From contig AP026129.1 of NCBI GenBank assembly GCA_030295235.1, forward strand, positions 372,001 through 436,000: 64,000 nt of DNA. The letters are read 5' to 3'. The notes beneath the pieces were generated by a model. That model did no database searches. It was not told the DNA's origin and worked only from the letters and a program-made list of their open reading frames with translations. The position numbers and the translations under genes are program-made. Every line of letters begins with the position of its first letter. The first letter of the stretch is position 1. This document shows, in pieces, positions 44,961 through 58,408 of this stretch. Source of the DNA: Fistulifera solaris (Eukaryota).

Positions 44961-45323
44961 TAGTTTCATCGACGTTACAAGTTGATGCGTGCATTGCGAA
45001 TGATGATGTTAAAATTTTAAAATGGAAATAAAAGCAAATAAATTCCGACACGCTTGCACGACGGATCAAGGTACCAGGTAGTAACTAAGGTAGCAGTCTG
45101 GCTCGGGAGATCATTAAGTCATGACTCAAATGCAGTCGTGTTGAAAAACGTACAACACTTGGGACTATACGGAAAACAACGTTTCATTTAGTTTCATCGA
45201 CGTTACGAGTCGATGCGTGTTGTTTTAAATGCTGCTTATGATATCTGGATCGTAATTGAAGCAAATACATTTTGACAAGCTCGCAGAACGGATGAAGTTA
45301 GTGAGTAAGGTAGCAGTCTGGCT
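44961..45323. repeat. Diverged direct repeat (~140 bp x2) in a divergent promoter region
   Basis: 44961-45103 and 45189-45323 share tagtttcatcgacgttac...gatgcgtg, aagcaaata...acggat, taaggtagcagtctggct. Confidence 0.8.
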
Positions 45324-45607
45324 TTAAAATTTTTTAAAGCAGAAGGAAATTCTGTATGACGTTTCTTTACAATAATTCGACAACGGCTTATCTCTTTATA
45401 AGGTTACCAGTATTGCATGCAAACGATCGTCGCGTGCTAAAGTCGATTCGTTCACTCTTTATCACAACTCTGAGGCATTTTATGTCATTTAGTAATAAAT
45501 CGCATATGATTTGAGACTGAAAAGGCGAAAAAGTTGTGTTCTTTCGTGTTTTTAGAACATCATCGTATTAAGTTCGAACAGGGGCGCGTCTTATCTAGCA
45601 CTCGAAA

Positions 45608-47289
45608 ATGGCGGATTGGTACAAATCATCCGAGTCTTCCGGTCCTGCGAACGACAACGATCTACCGTTCCGTTCGCGTCGCTCGCCTGTTTTGTGTCAA
45701 AAGTTCTGTGTCGCCAGCAGTCAACCTCTCGCCAGCAGTATCGGCTTTCAATTCCTGTACGAAGGAGCGAATGCGGCAGAAGCCGCCATTGCCGTTGCGG
45801 CGGCCCTTGCCGTCACCGAACCTTGTTCCACGGGGTTGGGCGGTGACATGTTTTGCCTTTATTATAGTCAAAACAAAGTCACGGCCATCAATGGGAGTGG
45901 CTGTAGTCCGGCCCAGTTGACGTTGGATCGCGTCCTTGACCATCACACAAGTCCCGAAACCTTCCGAGACTCAGCTCTCAGTGTCACGGTTCCTGGTGCG
46001 GCACGGGGATGGGAAGATTTGCTGCAACGGCATGGCTCAGGAAACTACTCACTGGCTCAACTGTTGGAGCCCGCTGCTCAATTGGCGGAAAATGGCTTTC
46101 CCGTAAGTCCGATTACTTCACACCACTGGAAATCGGGTATTTCGCAAATAGCCAAATGGGTCCCCGAGGGAGAAGCGGTGCCTCTCACTGTTGATGGTGT
46201 TCGAGGACCGCAACCTGGGGAAATCATACGCAATCCGGACTTGGCCCGGGTTCTCCAAGATCTCGGTGAGAAAGGTTCTCAGAAAGGCTTTTATGCAGGT
46301 GAAACAGGCGCCGCTATAGTGGATGCGGTGAATCAACACGGAGGTTGCTTCACTCTGGAGGATTTGGCGGATCATGTATCACTCTTTCCGGATCCTATCA
46401 GCGCCGAATATCGTAACATTCGTTTATGGCAAGTACCACCAAACGGTCAAGGTGTAGCTGGATTGATAGCTTTGGCGGGCCTTCAGCACTTGGAGCAAGG
46501 AGGGCGCATTGCCCCCTTGTCTAATCCAGGATCGGAAGATTGGTATCATGCCTTGATTGAAATGATGCGTCTGGGCTTTGCAGATGCCCGAGCTCACATT
46601 GCATGTCCATCGAAATGCAATTCATTGTGGTTACTTGACTCGGAGCGGATCGGAAATCGAGCACAGAAACTTTTTGATCCTTCCAAGGCAAATATTGCGG
46701 GATTGCCGGACGCTTGCAGTTGCACGGTTAGTTTTCAGGTAGTCGACTCATACGGTGATGCCATTTCGTTTGTGCAGAGCAATTACATGGGCTTTGGAAC
46801 GGGAATAGTTCCAAAGGGGTGCGGATTTACATTGCAGAATCGCGGTTTCGGGTTCTCACTGGATGCCACTCATCTCAACGTTGTTGGTCCCCGTAAACGA
46901 CCTTACCACACCATCATCCCTGGGATTTTGACGCACGCTGACTCGAATGAGCTATATGCTACTTTGTCGAATATGGGGGTTACATGCAACCTCAAGGGCA
47001 CTTGCAGCTCACTCTGAATATGGTAGCTGGTGGAATGGATCCGCAAGCTGCCATTGATATGCCACGTTTTTGCATAGCGGATGGAACTCAGTGCGGCGTA
47101 GTGCAGATGGAAACGGGCATTGATCGTGAGGTGCTCAGAAAACTTCAAGCCAAAGGTCACCGACTGAAAGAGAACGTGGTGGGACATGATCGTAGTGTAT
47201 TCGGTCGAGCCCAAATCATTCAAAAGCGCTCTGGAGTATTCTGGGCGGGTTCGGACGGTCGCGCTGATGGGTGTGCGATGGGATTTTAA
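45608..47289 (+). CDS. ggt: Gamma-glutamyltranspeptidase (YwrD-like)
   Basis: VASSQPLA, GANAAEAA, EP.STGLGGD, VTVPGA, PPNGQG, nucleophile T in CTVSFQVVD, SNYMGFG, RPYHTIIP, MQPQGH, GSDGRADG; frameshift in the G-run ~46975-46979. Confidence 0.92.
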
Positions 47290-48108
47290 ACAATTGGCTC
47301 GATGAAAGAACAGAGAACTAATGGCTGTCGAATAGCGATACTGTGCCCCCTGTTCAAATTCACAAGAGCAGAGGCGACTAAATCATCGATCGAAAGTCCA
47401 TCGCTGGTTACATTCGTCATCCCTTCCCGGTTGTACATGCTAATACCCTAAACGTGATCTTCCCGCCAAAGATTTTGGATTTTCTTGAACTGCCTAGGTC
47501 GGGACGAATTTAACACTACGGCGTCTTTCTGTCGTTTTTCAATTTTGTCGCCCAACTTAGATAGGCAGCATATTTCATCTAGAAACAACAAGCTAGGAAT
47601 AAGATTAGGAGCTGCCATGTAGGATGTAGCTTGCTACTTGGTAATACTTAAAGCGTCAAGTCTTAGATGCTCGTTGAAATTTGCATCTGTTCGCTACGGA
47701 CTACTGTACCACTTGTTTCATTTGCTAAGGCTACCGACAACGGACGGGCGTATACCGCATACTTTGTATGTACGCAAGACGCAAGCACATGTCGATGAAA
47801 CAAAAGAGGAACAAAGAACAAGCAAGATTTCGTGGGATCGACGGTCGAAGTACATAAAGTCCCAGTGTCATAAGTGTTACCGGACTCTCTGCACTCTCTA
47901 AAGTTAGAGTCAGGCCTTTTACTTCTGTTCACACTGAGAAAAGATGTAGTTCGTAGAATTTCACGTGGTTCATGTACCACAATTCAAAAACTGCACAGGC
48001 GGCCGCTAATCTGCATTTCATTATTTCATTCGATCGGCAACAACACCACTAAGCTATTGCTCTTGTGTTATCGTTACTTGTCCTCTTTCTCGTTTACAAT
48101 TTTATTCA

Positions 48109-50197
48109 ATGATTCTTTCAGTTCTTTTAGCTGTTTTTAGCGCCATAGCTGCGGACGCCTCCAAGGTGTTTCATCCTCTCCATGTGTCACTGAGGCAGCT
48201 GGTGAATCAGCATGAGTTTGAACTCATTCGCAAAGATTTCCTTCAAGCTCTTACTCAAGATGGTATGCTAACGATCCGTGGTATTCCGGACCTCTACAAG
48301 CAAGATGTTCTCCAAGCAATGGAGCCGTGCATCAACAAGGCCAAGGCAACTCAAGAGGCCACTCTCCGCGATGGTACGCGACGTCGTACTTTGGCAACGC
48401 ACACTTCGCCTGATGACAGCATTGCCGAAGGATTCAGAAAGGCCAGCGTTCTTCCCGAAGATGAAGTGCATTGTCAAGATTTTGTTGACGCCTCGGAGCG
48501 ATTCCGCGCTGCAGCCGGCGTTGCAACGAACGCGTTCGCTTCCCGGCTTGCGTCTGTACTTCGTGAGGGACAAGATGAGGCTGGCGATCGCCCTCTTCTT
48601 GTTACACGCAATGGATATGCCTTTCATGATTTTTTTGGATGTTGTGGCGAATGGCGATCACCTTGAACACTTTCACTCGTATCATACTCCTGTTAGTCCT
48701 TCATCTCCTTCAAACTTCGGAAAGACTACAGATGAAACAATTGAATGGCACGTGGATCAAGGTCTCTTCATTGTATTCACCCCTGGTACTCTCGTTCGTG
48801 AAGACCCATCGGCAGCAGGCAGTGCCATCGAAGGGCTGACGGGTGGCTTTTATGTTCGATTGAGCGATGGAAGCACGGCAGAAGCAAAGTTCTGCGAAGA
48901 AGACGATTTGGTGATCCTGTTGGGTGACGGTTTCAACCAGTATATTAATCCTCACTATCAGGATAATAATGTTCCCCTACTTCGCGCTGTCCCTCATGCA
49001 CTCTCCATGATTCCTCATCAAGCCAATGAGTCTCGCGTCTGGTACGGTCGCATGGTCCTTCCTCCTGCGAACGCTGTTCACCCTGTCCATGATGAGACGT
49101 TTGGACGCCTTAGAGATATGGTGGTCGGCGAGAACACACCGAAAGATAAGGCCATTGCCCTTGCGTGTTCTTCGTCGGCACAAGCCCGTGAGCTGCAAAC
49201 TACCACCTGCGAAGAAGGAACTCTGTTGTGCTGGCATGAATGCATGAGTCTTGAAGAGCATGAAGTTAGCGAGGACATCTGTGCTCAACAGGGACTGGAC
49301 CTTTGGTGCATCAACCCTCGGGGTCAATTGTGGGATCACAGGCACGGGGATTTCTTTCCTGGTTGTATTGACGCTGCGAAAGCTGAAAATGCGACGGAGT
49401 TTCCCCGCCTTCCAAATTATCCTCGTGATAACGTAACCGCGTGTACTGCCGAGACGTTTCAGAGTTTCCTTTTGGACAATCAGGAAGCGGCCTTTGAAAA
49501 TTCCGTTGATCTTGATGGCGTGGCCGTATTTGAATGGACAGTACTGAATAACAATATCATCCGTGGACGTTTGGCGTACAATGGCTTGTTCGGCTATTTG
49601 GCTTTAGGCTATCCTTCTGCCGGAGGTGACAAGAACGGTATGCACGGCGCCGAGATCATCATGGCTATTCCAGGTGGAAACTATGATGCCGCTATCGGTT
49701 TCGATCTCACCATGCAACCCAGTATTAATGAATACGTAATCGATCCGGAAAAATCCGCATTCCGCTTTTGGGATACGCCCGTTTCCATGACTGATACCAA
49801 CGTTAGTACTTCGTCCTCTTCGGCTAGAAATGGCAACGACATGGGAGACGGCTATTCAATTGCTTACGACGATTGTTTCACTGCCATCACCTTTGAATCA
49901 ATGGGCTTCCATGGAAAGCCTTTTAATGTGAGTGGAAGTGATCATTTCATTTGGGCCGCCAATGGAGAGGATTACTTCGCTGCGTACCATACCAACCGGG
50001 GGCATCTTCATGTGAACTGGCTCGCTGGTGAAGCAAGTGATCATGACCATGCCAACGATGGTGGCCATGATGACGAACCGACTCCGGCCATACCGCCTGC
50101 GTCAACACCTGTCGCTTCTAGCGCTTCCATCGCGATTCTTGCCAAGGCAACATCGCTCGTTACTGCTGCGATGGTCTTGTTGTTGAATCAGGCGTAA
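48109..50197 (+). CDS. Secreted, probably GPI-anchored protein: 2OG-Fe(II) oxygenase-like domain, Cys-rich linker and DOMON-like domain
   Basis: Signal peptide; WHVDQG, VILLGDG, AVPHAL, RVWYGR; DOMON-like FEW...GYLALG...GMHGAEII...WA...YH; His-rich spacer and hydrophobic tail; frameshift in the T-run 48630-48636. Confidence 0.65.
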
Positions 50198-50426
50198 TTG
50201 GCGGTTGTTGACTGAGGTGGACCGACAACTTCTTGAATAATTTAAATTAAAGATATGTGGAATTGCGGATTTGTGTTGATTCTAAGGTCGTGTGCTTATT
50301 GTTATTAGTAGCACGAGAAACATGAAGATTATTCTTACGAACATTACTCTGCAAATACCGACCGGCATATTACTCCGTAGCTCAGACTTTAAACGAACGC
50401 TTTACCTGTGTTAATACCCGGAAAAG

Positions 50427-52817
50427 TTATCCTTGTTCTGGAGGATTTGCTAATGCCTCTCCCTCCTTCGTCAAATCTTGAAGCTTAACTAACCCAATAA
50501 TTGTCTCAGGATTGATACCCACCGAATGGACCTGGTTTAGGAACGCTTGGCAATCCAGATAGAGTTGCAGTTTGACTTTTTCACCATCACTCATCCCCCC
50601 AGCAGTGGTCAATCGGGAAGCTCGACGGTTACGCTGCAAAGCAACCTCCGTACGAGCGACCGTGGTAAGAAGCTCTTCAACGGCTGTTGCATAACGATCC
50701 GCTACTTGTACCACAATCTGTTGTTTCCATCTGAATCCAACCGTGGACGGCGTGCGATTCGCCTCTGAGAATTCTTTTACCGGGCGTAGTATTTGGTCGC
50801 AAAAATGGGAAGGTTGCGTAGGAGGGGGTCGATTTGTCATGCGATATGTAGCCGCAACTCCCTTGACAAGAGCTAGAGGGGTGCAGCATTTTTCAGTCAG
50901 AATCCTGACGATGACTGCATTCCATGCGGTATCAAGAAGCGGCAAAATCTGATCAGCGGCTTCACTTAAAATATCCTTCACAAGCTCAGACAGTTCAGGA
51001 GAAGCGTCAAGCGATTTACAAATGATCGAAGAGTATTCATCACGTAAAAGCCTTCCAGAACCGACAGCTCCCACGTAACAGCAGCTACATTTTCTTCGCT
51101 GTCTGCCCAGCAGTAAGTATGGCTACCTATTTCCTCAATGGCGTCAGGGGCCTCGTTTGCTTCACCCTCGCGTACAGGCTCTTGGCCAAATCGAATTTTG
51201 CCGTCCATCCCCTCTTGAATGAAATGCGTCATACGTCCCACAAGTTGCAGAGCTCCCCTTAAAAATCGATTTGTCAGCGGTGGCAGTAAGACATCACGAC
51301 GCCAAAGGAATAGCAAGATATCGTTGAGCTCCTGAAAGAGGGATAATTCAAAATTTGTTGTTTCAGACTCTCCGCTGTATACTTGGGCGACCCAACCTTC
51401 TTTTGTCGTCGTCTCTATGGCAATGTTTAGTCTTTTCGAACATTCGCCAAAACGGAGCTGATAGTAAATAGGCAAATTCCACTTTTTGGAAAACTCGGCC
51501 GTTTTAGGATGCTCGTATATCCGTTGCTGGGCTAACTTGACAATTTCGGGTTTTGCTTCTCTCAACAAATTGACCGCTAGACTATTTAGAAACGAATCCA
51601 ATGCCAAATAGTTTGTTTGTAAAATTTTCGCGATCCCTGGAGAAAAGATCGCCATCCGGACAGCGGAATCGGTCATCAACGTTGTAGCCAAAGGCACCCA
51701 TACACCTCGAGTGAGTAAATCGATACCAGCGGTTAATAGATAGTCCATTTGAAGAAAGTCACCAAATCGTTGTGCTAAGGTGTTGGAAAGGTCGTCAAGC
51801 AATGAAGTTAATCCAGCACATTCTCCTCGAGCTCCACCCTGGTCCAGACGTCCCATCGAAAGGTGCTCTCGAATCAAAGGCATGATGCTGGTACGTGCAA
51901 AGACAGATTCAGCATCCGTAGCACGTCCTATGAGAGATAGACCACGAACAGCATGGCCGAATCGAAGCAAAAGTATTTCCTTCTCGCTTGCTCCGAGGTT
52001 TTGTTGTGTCCACCGTAGTAGAAGTCTCTCAAGTTCTCCGGCAAGGCTCTGAGATACATCAGCCTCAAGATGACGGATGCGTGGTGCAAGCTGTAGAAAG
52101 AACTGTGCCCGTTCGGTGTCTGGTGGTAGAGATGCATTGATGTTATTCGAAGCCTTGTCATCTGCAATGTCGGTGATGTCATCTTGAGACTGCTGTACCT
52201 CTATGATAAGACTTTGAGCAATATGAGCGGCTCGTTCGAGTGATAACGCATGATCCAAAGCATCTAGGAGAAAGTCGAAGCACTAATGAGATATAACTCT
52301 AAATCGCCGGATTTGAAGAGGAAATAACTACCTACTTACCATCAAGGGCACTGGTGTCGTCATCGTTGGCGCTTCTCTCCTCGTCATCGCCCGACGCTCT
52401 GGCCTCGGCTGCTAGTACGCTTCCGTATTTTCTCATTTGCAAATCAAGCTGCACGATTTTCTCTGCCGCTAATAAATCTTCGAAAGAATCAGCGCACTCT
52501 TGAGCGTGGATAACGCGTCTCTGATGCTTCTTGATCACCAAGGCACGTTCACAGATATTATTCAGCTTGGACGACAAGCTCCCCTCGGATTGCTCCACAC
52601 CTTGGAGTAATGGGTGCAGTTGCGTCAAAAGAAAATGCAAATCAGTAGGAAGAGTGCTCAAACTGCTTCCCATGTGCAGTAGATTCTGTCCAGACTGCGA
52701 ACTAGCGAGCTTTTGAGTCAAAATTTGACCATGCTGCTCCGCTTGATCTTTCAGCTGTTGATATTTGTGCTGCAGCGCCGCGGTCGACAAATTGGATGGG
52801 ATATCGATCGCAGTCAT
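50427..52817 (-). CDS. COG2: Conserved oligomeric Golgi complex subunit 2
   Basis: IFSPG, NY..FL, KKWNLPIYYQLRF, YRMTNR..PT.PS, MSDGEKVKLQLYLD; intron 52339-52264; frameshift ~51047. Confidence 0.85.
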
Positions 52818-53517
52818 GTTTTTGTTATTATTTTTGTTGGAGTATTTTGCTTTGTAACGATATGTAATGAGAATGATAAATGACTTATCGACGAACGACA
52901 TCGTCGGTGCGATCGTCGACAACAATACGAAGTAATAATACAGTAGGGTTAATGTTGTGCGACAGACCCAAAACACAGCGACCCAAAGGGCATTTTCGCG
53001 TGACTGAATTTCGTTCAAAAGTTCATACGAATGGATTTCGCGTTCCGTGTTACAATATGCTGGCACTAGACATTGTCGCTATATTGAAATATGTCTTACA
53101 AAGGCATTTGATTATTGGAGCCCACTTTTGGCCTGTTTACCCGCCGTAAGGGCTCCATTAACAGCTATTATCGATGGTCGCTCTGCTCACTTCGTACTTG
53201 GTACGTTTTGTCCGGTCTTCGTCTGTACATCATCCGTACTAGGAACCGGTTTCATGTGGTACATCCTGGTATATAAAGAGATGGCAGTTACAGAATGAAG
53301 CATACGAAACTCCCATTGAAAAAGTCGCATGACGATGCGCATGTTTTTCACTCGAAGCCTTTTATGGCGATGCAACTAACTGATTGCGTTTGTGAAAGAG
53401 AAAACAATACTGAAGTGCTTTAGCTGGCTGCTCTTCCGCTAGTAGATCAAGTCAGACCTGCTGTAGCAAGAAGTTGCGCTGCTTGTCGATAGCGGCCTTG
53501 CGTAGACTACTTTGCAA

Positions 53518-54970
53518 ATGCGAGTTCAACGCACCGCAACGATTGTTGTCGTTGCGTCATCTGGCGCATACCTTACGTGGAGGCTACTGCAATGGCGCGC
53601 TCGCAAGCGGACCCGGAAAAGTGTGGAGCGAGTAAAAAGCTTGTTGAGAGAAGGACCACTGGTACGTTTCAGTTTCACTTTTGTCGGCATGAAAATAGAA
53701 AAGCCGAGGCTCACTTGTTGTGTGCTATTATTCATCTTTTCGATAAAACCGTGCGCTGAATATAGCTGGCTATCGATGACCCCGATGTACAAAGTAGAGT
53801 CATCAACACAGCTATCAAACGCGCGTCGAAATGGATGCAGCTGCGCGAATCAGCGCAACAGATGACTGGTCAGGTAGGAGGTATAAGTGCCAACAAGAAG
53901 CCTCTGCTGAGTCTAAAGCCAGATTACGTGCTCAAACCACTATACACCGATCACCGCGGGATCCGCGAACTGATCTTTTACGAAGCAATGGTAGCCGCCT
54001 CTCGCACAACACAGCATTATGCTGCATTTTTACGTCCTAAAACCGAAGAAACTAGCAGGATGGCCTGGATCGATACCCTGGCCGTTGCTTTAAGTATATT
54101 GTGGCAAGACCCTGTTGTGATGGAACAAGAAGCTAAATTAAAAGAAGCCTGGCGGAAGGTCAAAAAGAAGCGGATGCACTAGACAAGTTATCCAAGTTTA
54201 CGGCTTCCTATTACGGCGTTATCGGACAAAAGAGGTTCGATCCGGAATTTGAGTTTGGCATTCACGAAGATGCTCACCTCTTGTTGCAAGACATCACAAG
54301 CAATTTCGTCAAGCCATGCGTTATTGATCTGAAAATGGGCTCGCAGTCTTACGAACCCGATGCCACGGTTGAGAAGAGAACCCGTGAGTATTCCAAGTAT
54401 CCTCAGCAAGCTTTGTTCGGCTTCCGGATAGTTGGCATGAGGTATCATGAACCATCGCACCCGGACGCCGACGAATTTGGCTTCGTGCTCGTGGGCAAAG
54501 AATATGGCCGAACGTTAACAACAAAAGATCAGCTACTGGAAGCTTTTCGAATATTTTTCACGGCTGGGATGAGGTCAAGGCCAAATCCCCACGACTCATC
54601 TGCTAACCTTCTCGAATTGGCTGAGTCCCCTGTCGAGGATCGTAAAATCCGCACCAAAACGATAGCGAATCTTTTGCAACTGCTGCGCGGCTTACGGCGC
54701 TGGTTTGACGAGAATGAATCCACTTTTCGATTCTTTGCTAGTTCTGTGTTGCTTGTCTTTGAGGGAGATCTCACCAAGACGAAAGGGAGCGATCTCGGCC
54801 GAGCGTCATTAAAAATGATCGACTTTGGCAGGGTTCGACGAGCTGACGCTGCAACTGACGAATCAAAAATCGGACGAAGGCTATCGAAAAGGTCTACGAA
54901 CGCTGCATGGTCTGTTACTAGACTTACTCGACGAGGACAAAGGGAAAAGCGGGCCAACACTAGTATCTAA
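53518..54970 (+). CDS. Inositol polyphosphate (multi)kinase with an N-terminal TM segment
   Basis: Intron 53662-53765; QVGG, RELIFYE, YYG, LQDIT, PCVIDLKMG, GFRIVG, FFASSVLLVF, KMIDFG; frameshift ~54165 and an uncertain C-terminal frame. Confidence 0.88.
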
Positions 54971-55035
54971 CGGAAGATAGCATAGATTTGATAAAGATCA
55001 CTTATTGTCTACCATTTCGCCTGAACAACCGGGTT

Positions 55036-56777
<1,742 letters not shown>

Positions 56778-57330
56778 GATTGATAATGTAAGAGGAGAGA
56801 AAATGAACAATATTTCGTTACAATCACCAAACTAAAAAGATGTTTTTGCCAACACAAATGGTGAACACAATAACCTTCCTCTCGAAGCAAGTCGAACGTC
56901 GAACGTATTCTTCGCTTCCAGGATTGTACCTCGCTGCGATAAGGATAGGGCTACTACTTAAAGTATCCTACCGCGACACGGTACACTTTTATTTATAGAC
57001 AAGTATCATGATGACGTGGCATTGTTTTAAGGGTGAATGAATCGTATTCCTTCAAAGCAAACGTACCAGGTGCGGGACGCTCTCTCTAAAATAGGTCGTA
57101 GCATCCATTCTTATCTTTAGCTAAACCTCTACTCCGTGCAAGGAATCGATTTTGAAAATGTTTTAAAAAGAAGGTACTTTTTTCTCTAAACAGTAGTAAA
57201 CTTATAAAAAAATACGATGACCAAATGACAAGCTGTTGGAAGAGCAATCGTCAGCTGTGGACAGTCCATTACGTAATCTCTAAAGTAAATACCTTTTCCT
57301 ACGCGACAATTGATTCGTTGAAGGCCAATC

Positions 57331-57785
57331 TTACACGTTAAAAGATTCACCGCAACCACATGAACCCTTCGAATTCGGATTGTTGAACGTAAACTCGCTA
57401 CTCATCTCCGTATCCTCCCAATCCATTGTGGTCCCTACCACATTAAACAGAGCCATGGGTTCAATGAAGACGTTAAGACCGTGCGATTCGACCTTGAGAT
57501 CTTTGGGATTTTCTTCGAAAGCATAATTCAAAGTATACGACAGACCATTACATCCTCGTCTTTTCACGCCGAGTCGGATTCCGATGGCTCCTTTTGCATT
57601 ATCTCCATTTAAAAGTTCTCGAATACGGTTGGCAGCAGAGTTTGTTAAAATAATAGGGTCTTTATCACGTATTTGTCGGCGGCGCGGGGGCTGTTCACAG
57701 CAGCGGCTGAACTGTAAAAACGACAGGTTACTGCTATAGGAATGGCTCGCGTCAGGTGGTGAGCAGTGCGAATGAGCGACAGCAT
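57331..57785 (-). CDS. ISCA1: A-type Fe-S cluster assembly protein (IscA/ISCA1), mitochondrial
   Basis: ILTNSAANRI, GVKRRGCNGLSY, FNNPNSKGSCGCGESF; frameshift in the run 57686-57690. Confidence 0.92.
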
Positions 57786-58408
57786 TAGCAAATTGCTTGT
57801 ATTTTCTTGCAAATAGATTGGATAGAAAAGGGATGTTAAAAATTGTATTGGTATCAACGATAATGCGCTCGTATTGTTTAGAGTGTTCCGCCTTCCGCCG
57901 TTTTCGTCGCTTTCGTCATCCTCGTGACATGCTCTCAATAAGTCGTTTGCCAGTGCGACTTTCAGAGTCGAAAGTCATAATTACTGATCTAGTACTACGT
58001 AGTATCCTCCAAACAGAACAGGTAAAGGTACTGCCTCGAGAGTAAAGAAGTACTCAAAACAGAAATTGGAGATCGGGCTGCTCGGCGCTCCGCCTCCAGC
58101 CTGTTTTCCCTTTTGTTGTTCTTGCGTTGCTGCCTCAGCTGGAGGCCATGACCTGCAGTCTATCGATAAAGTGAAGCAGCAACCTCAATCATCAGATCTT
58201 TTCCTAGCTTGGTAGCCGTGTCAGCAGCTTTTGCAGTCGACAATTGAGCTTTCCCTGCTACGAGACCAGAGATAGACAACAAACCAACGAAACACTCCGA
58301 GCCCCAGGATCGACGCTCGATTATCATCATCTCCTCAGTAGCTTTCTTCAAAACGCGCGGTTTTTGGGTCTAGGTTTCGCTGATTTTTGTCGGCAAAATC
58401 TGCATATC

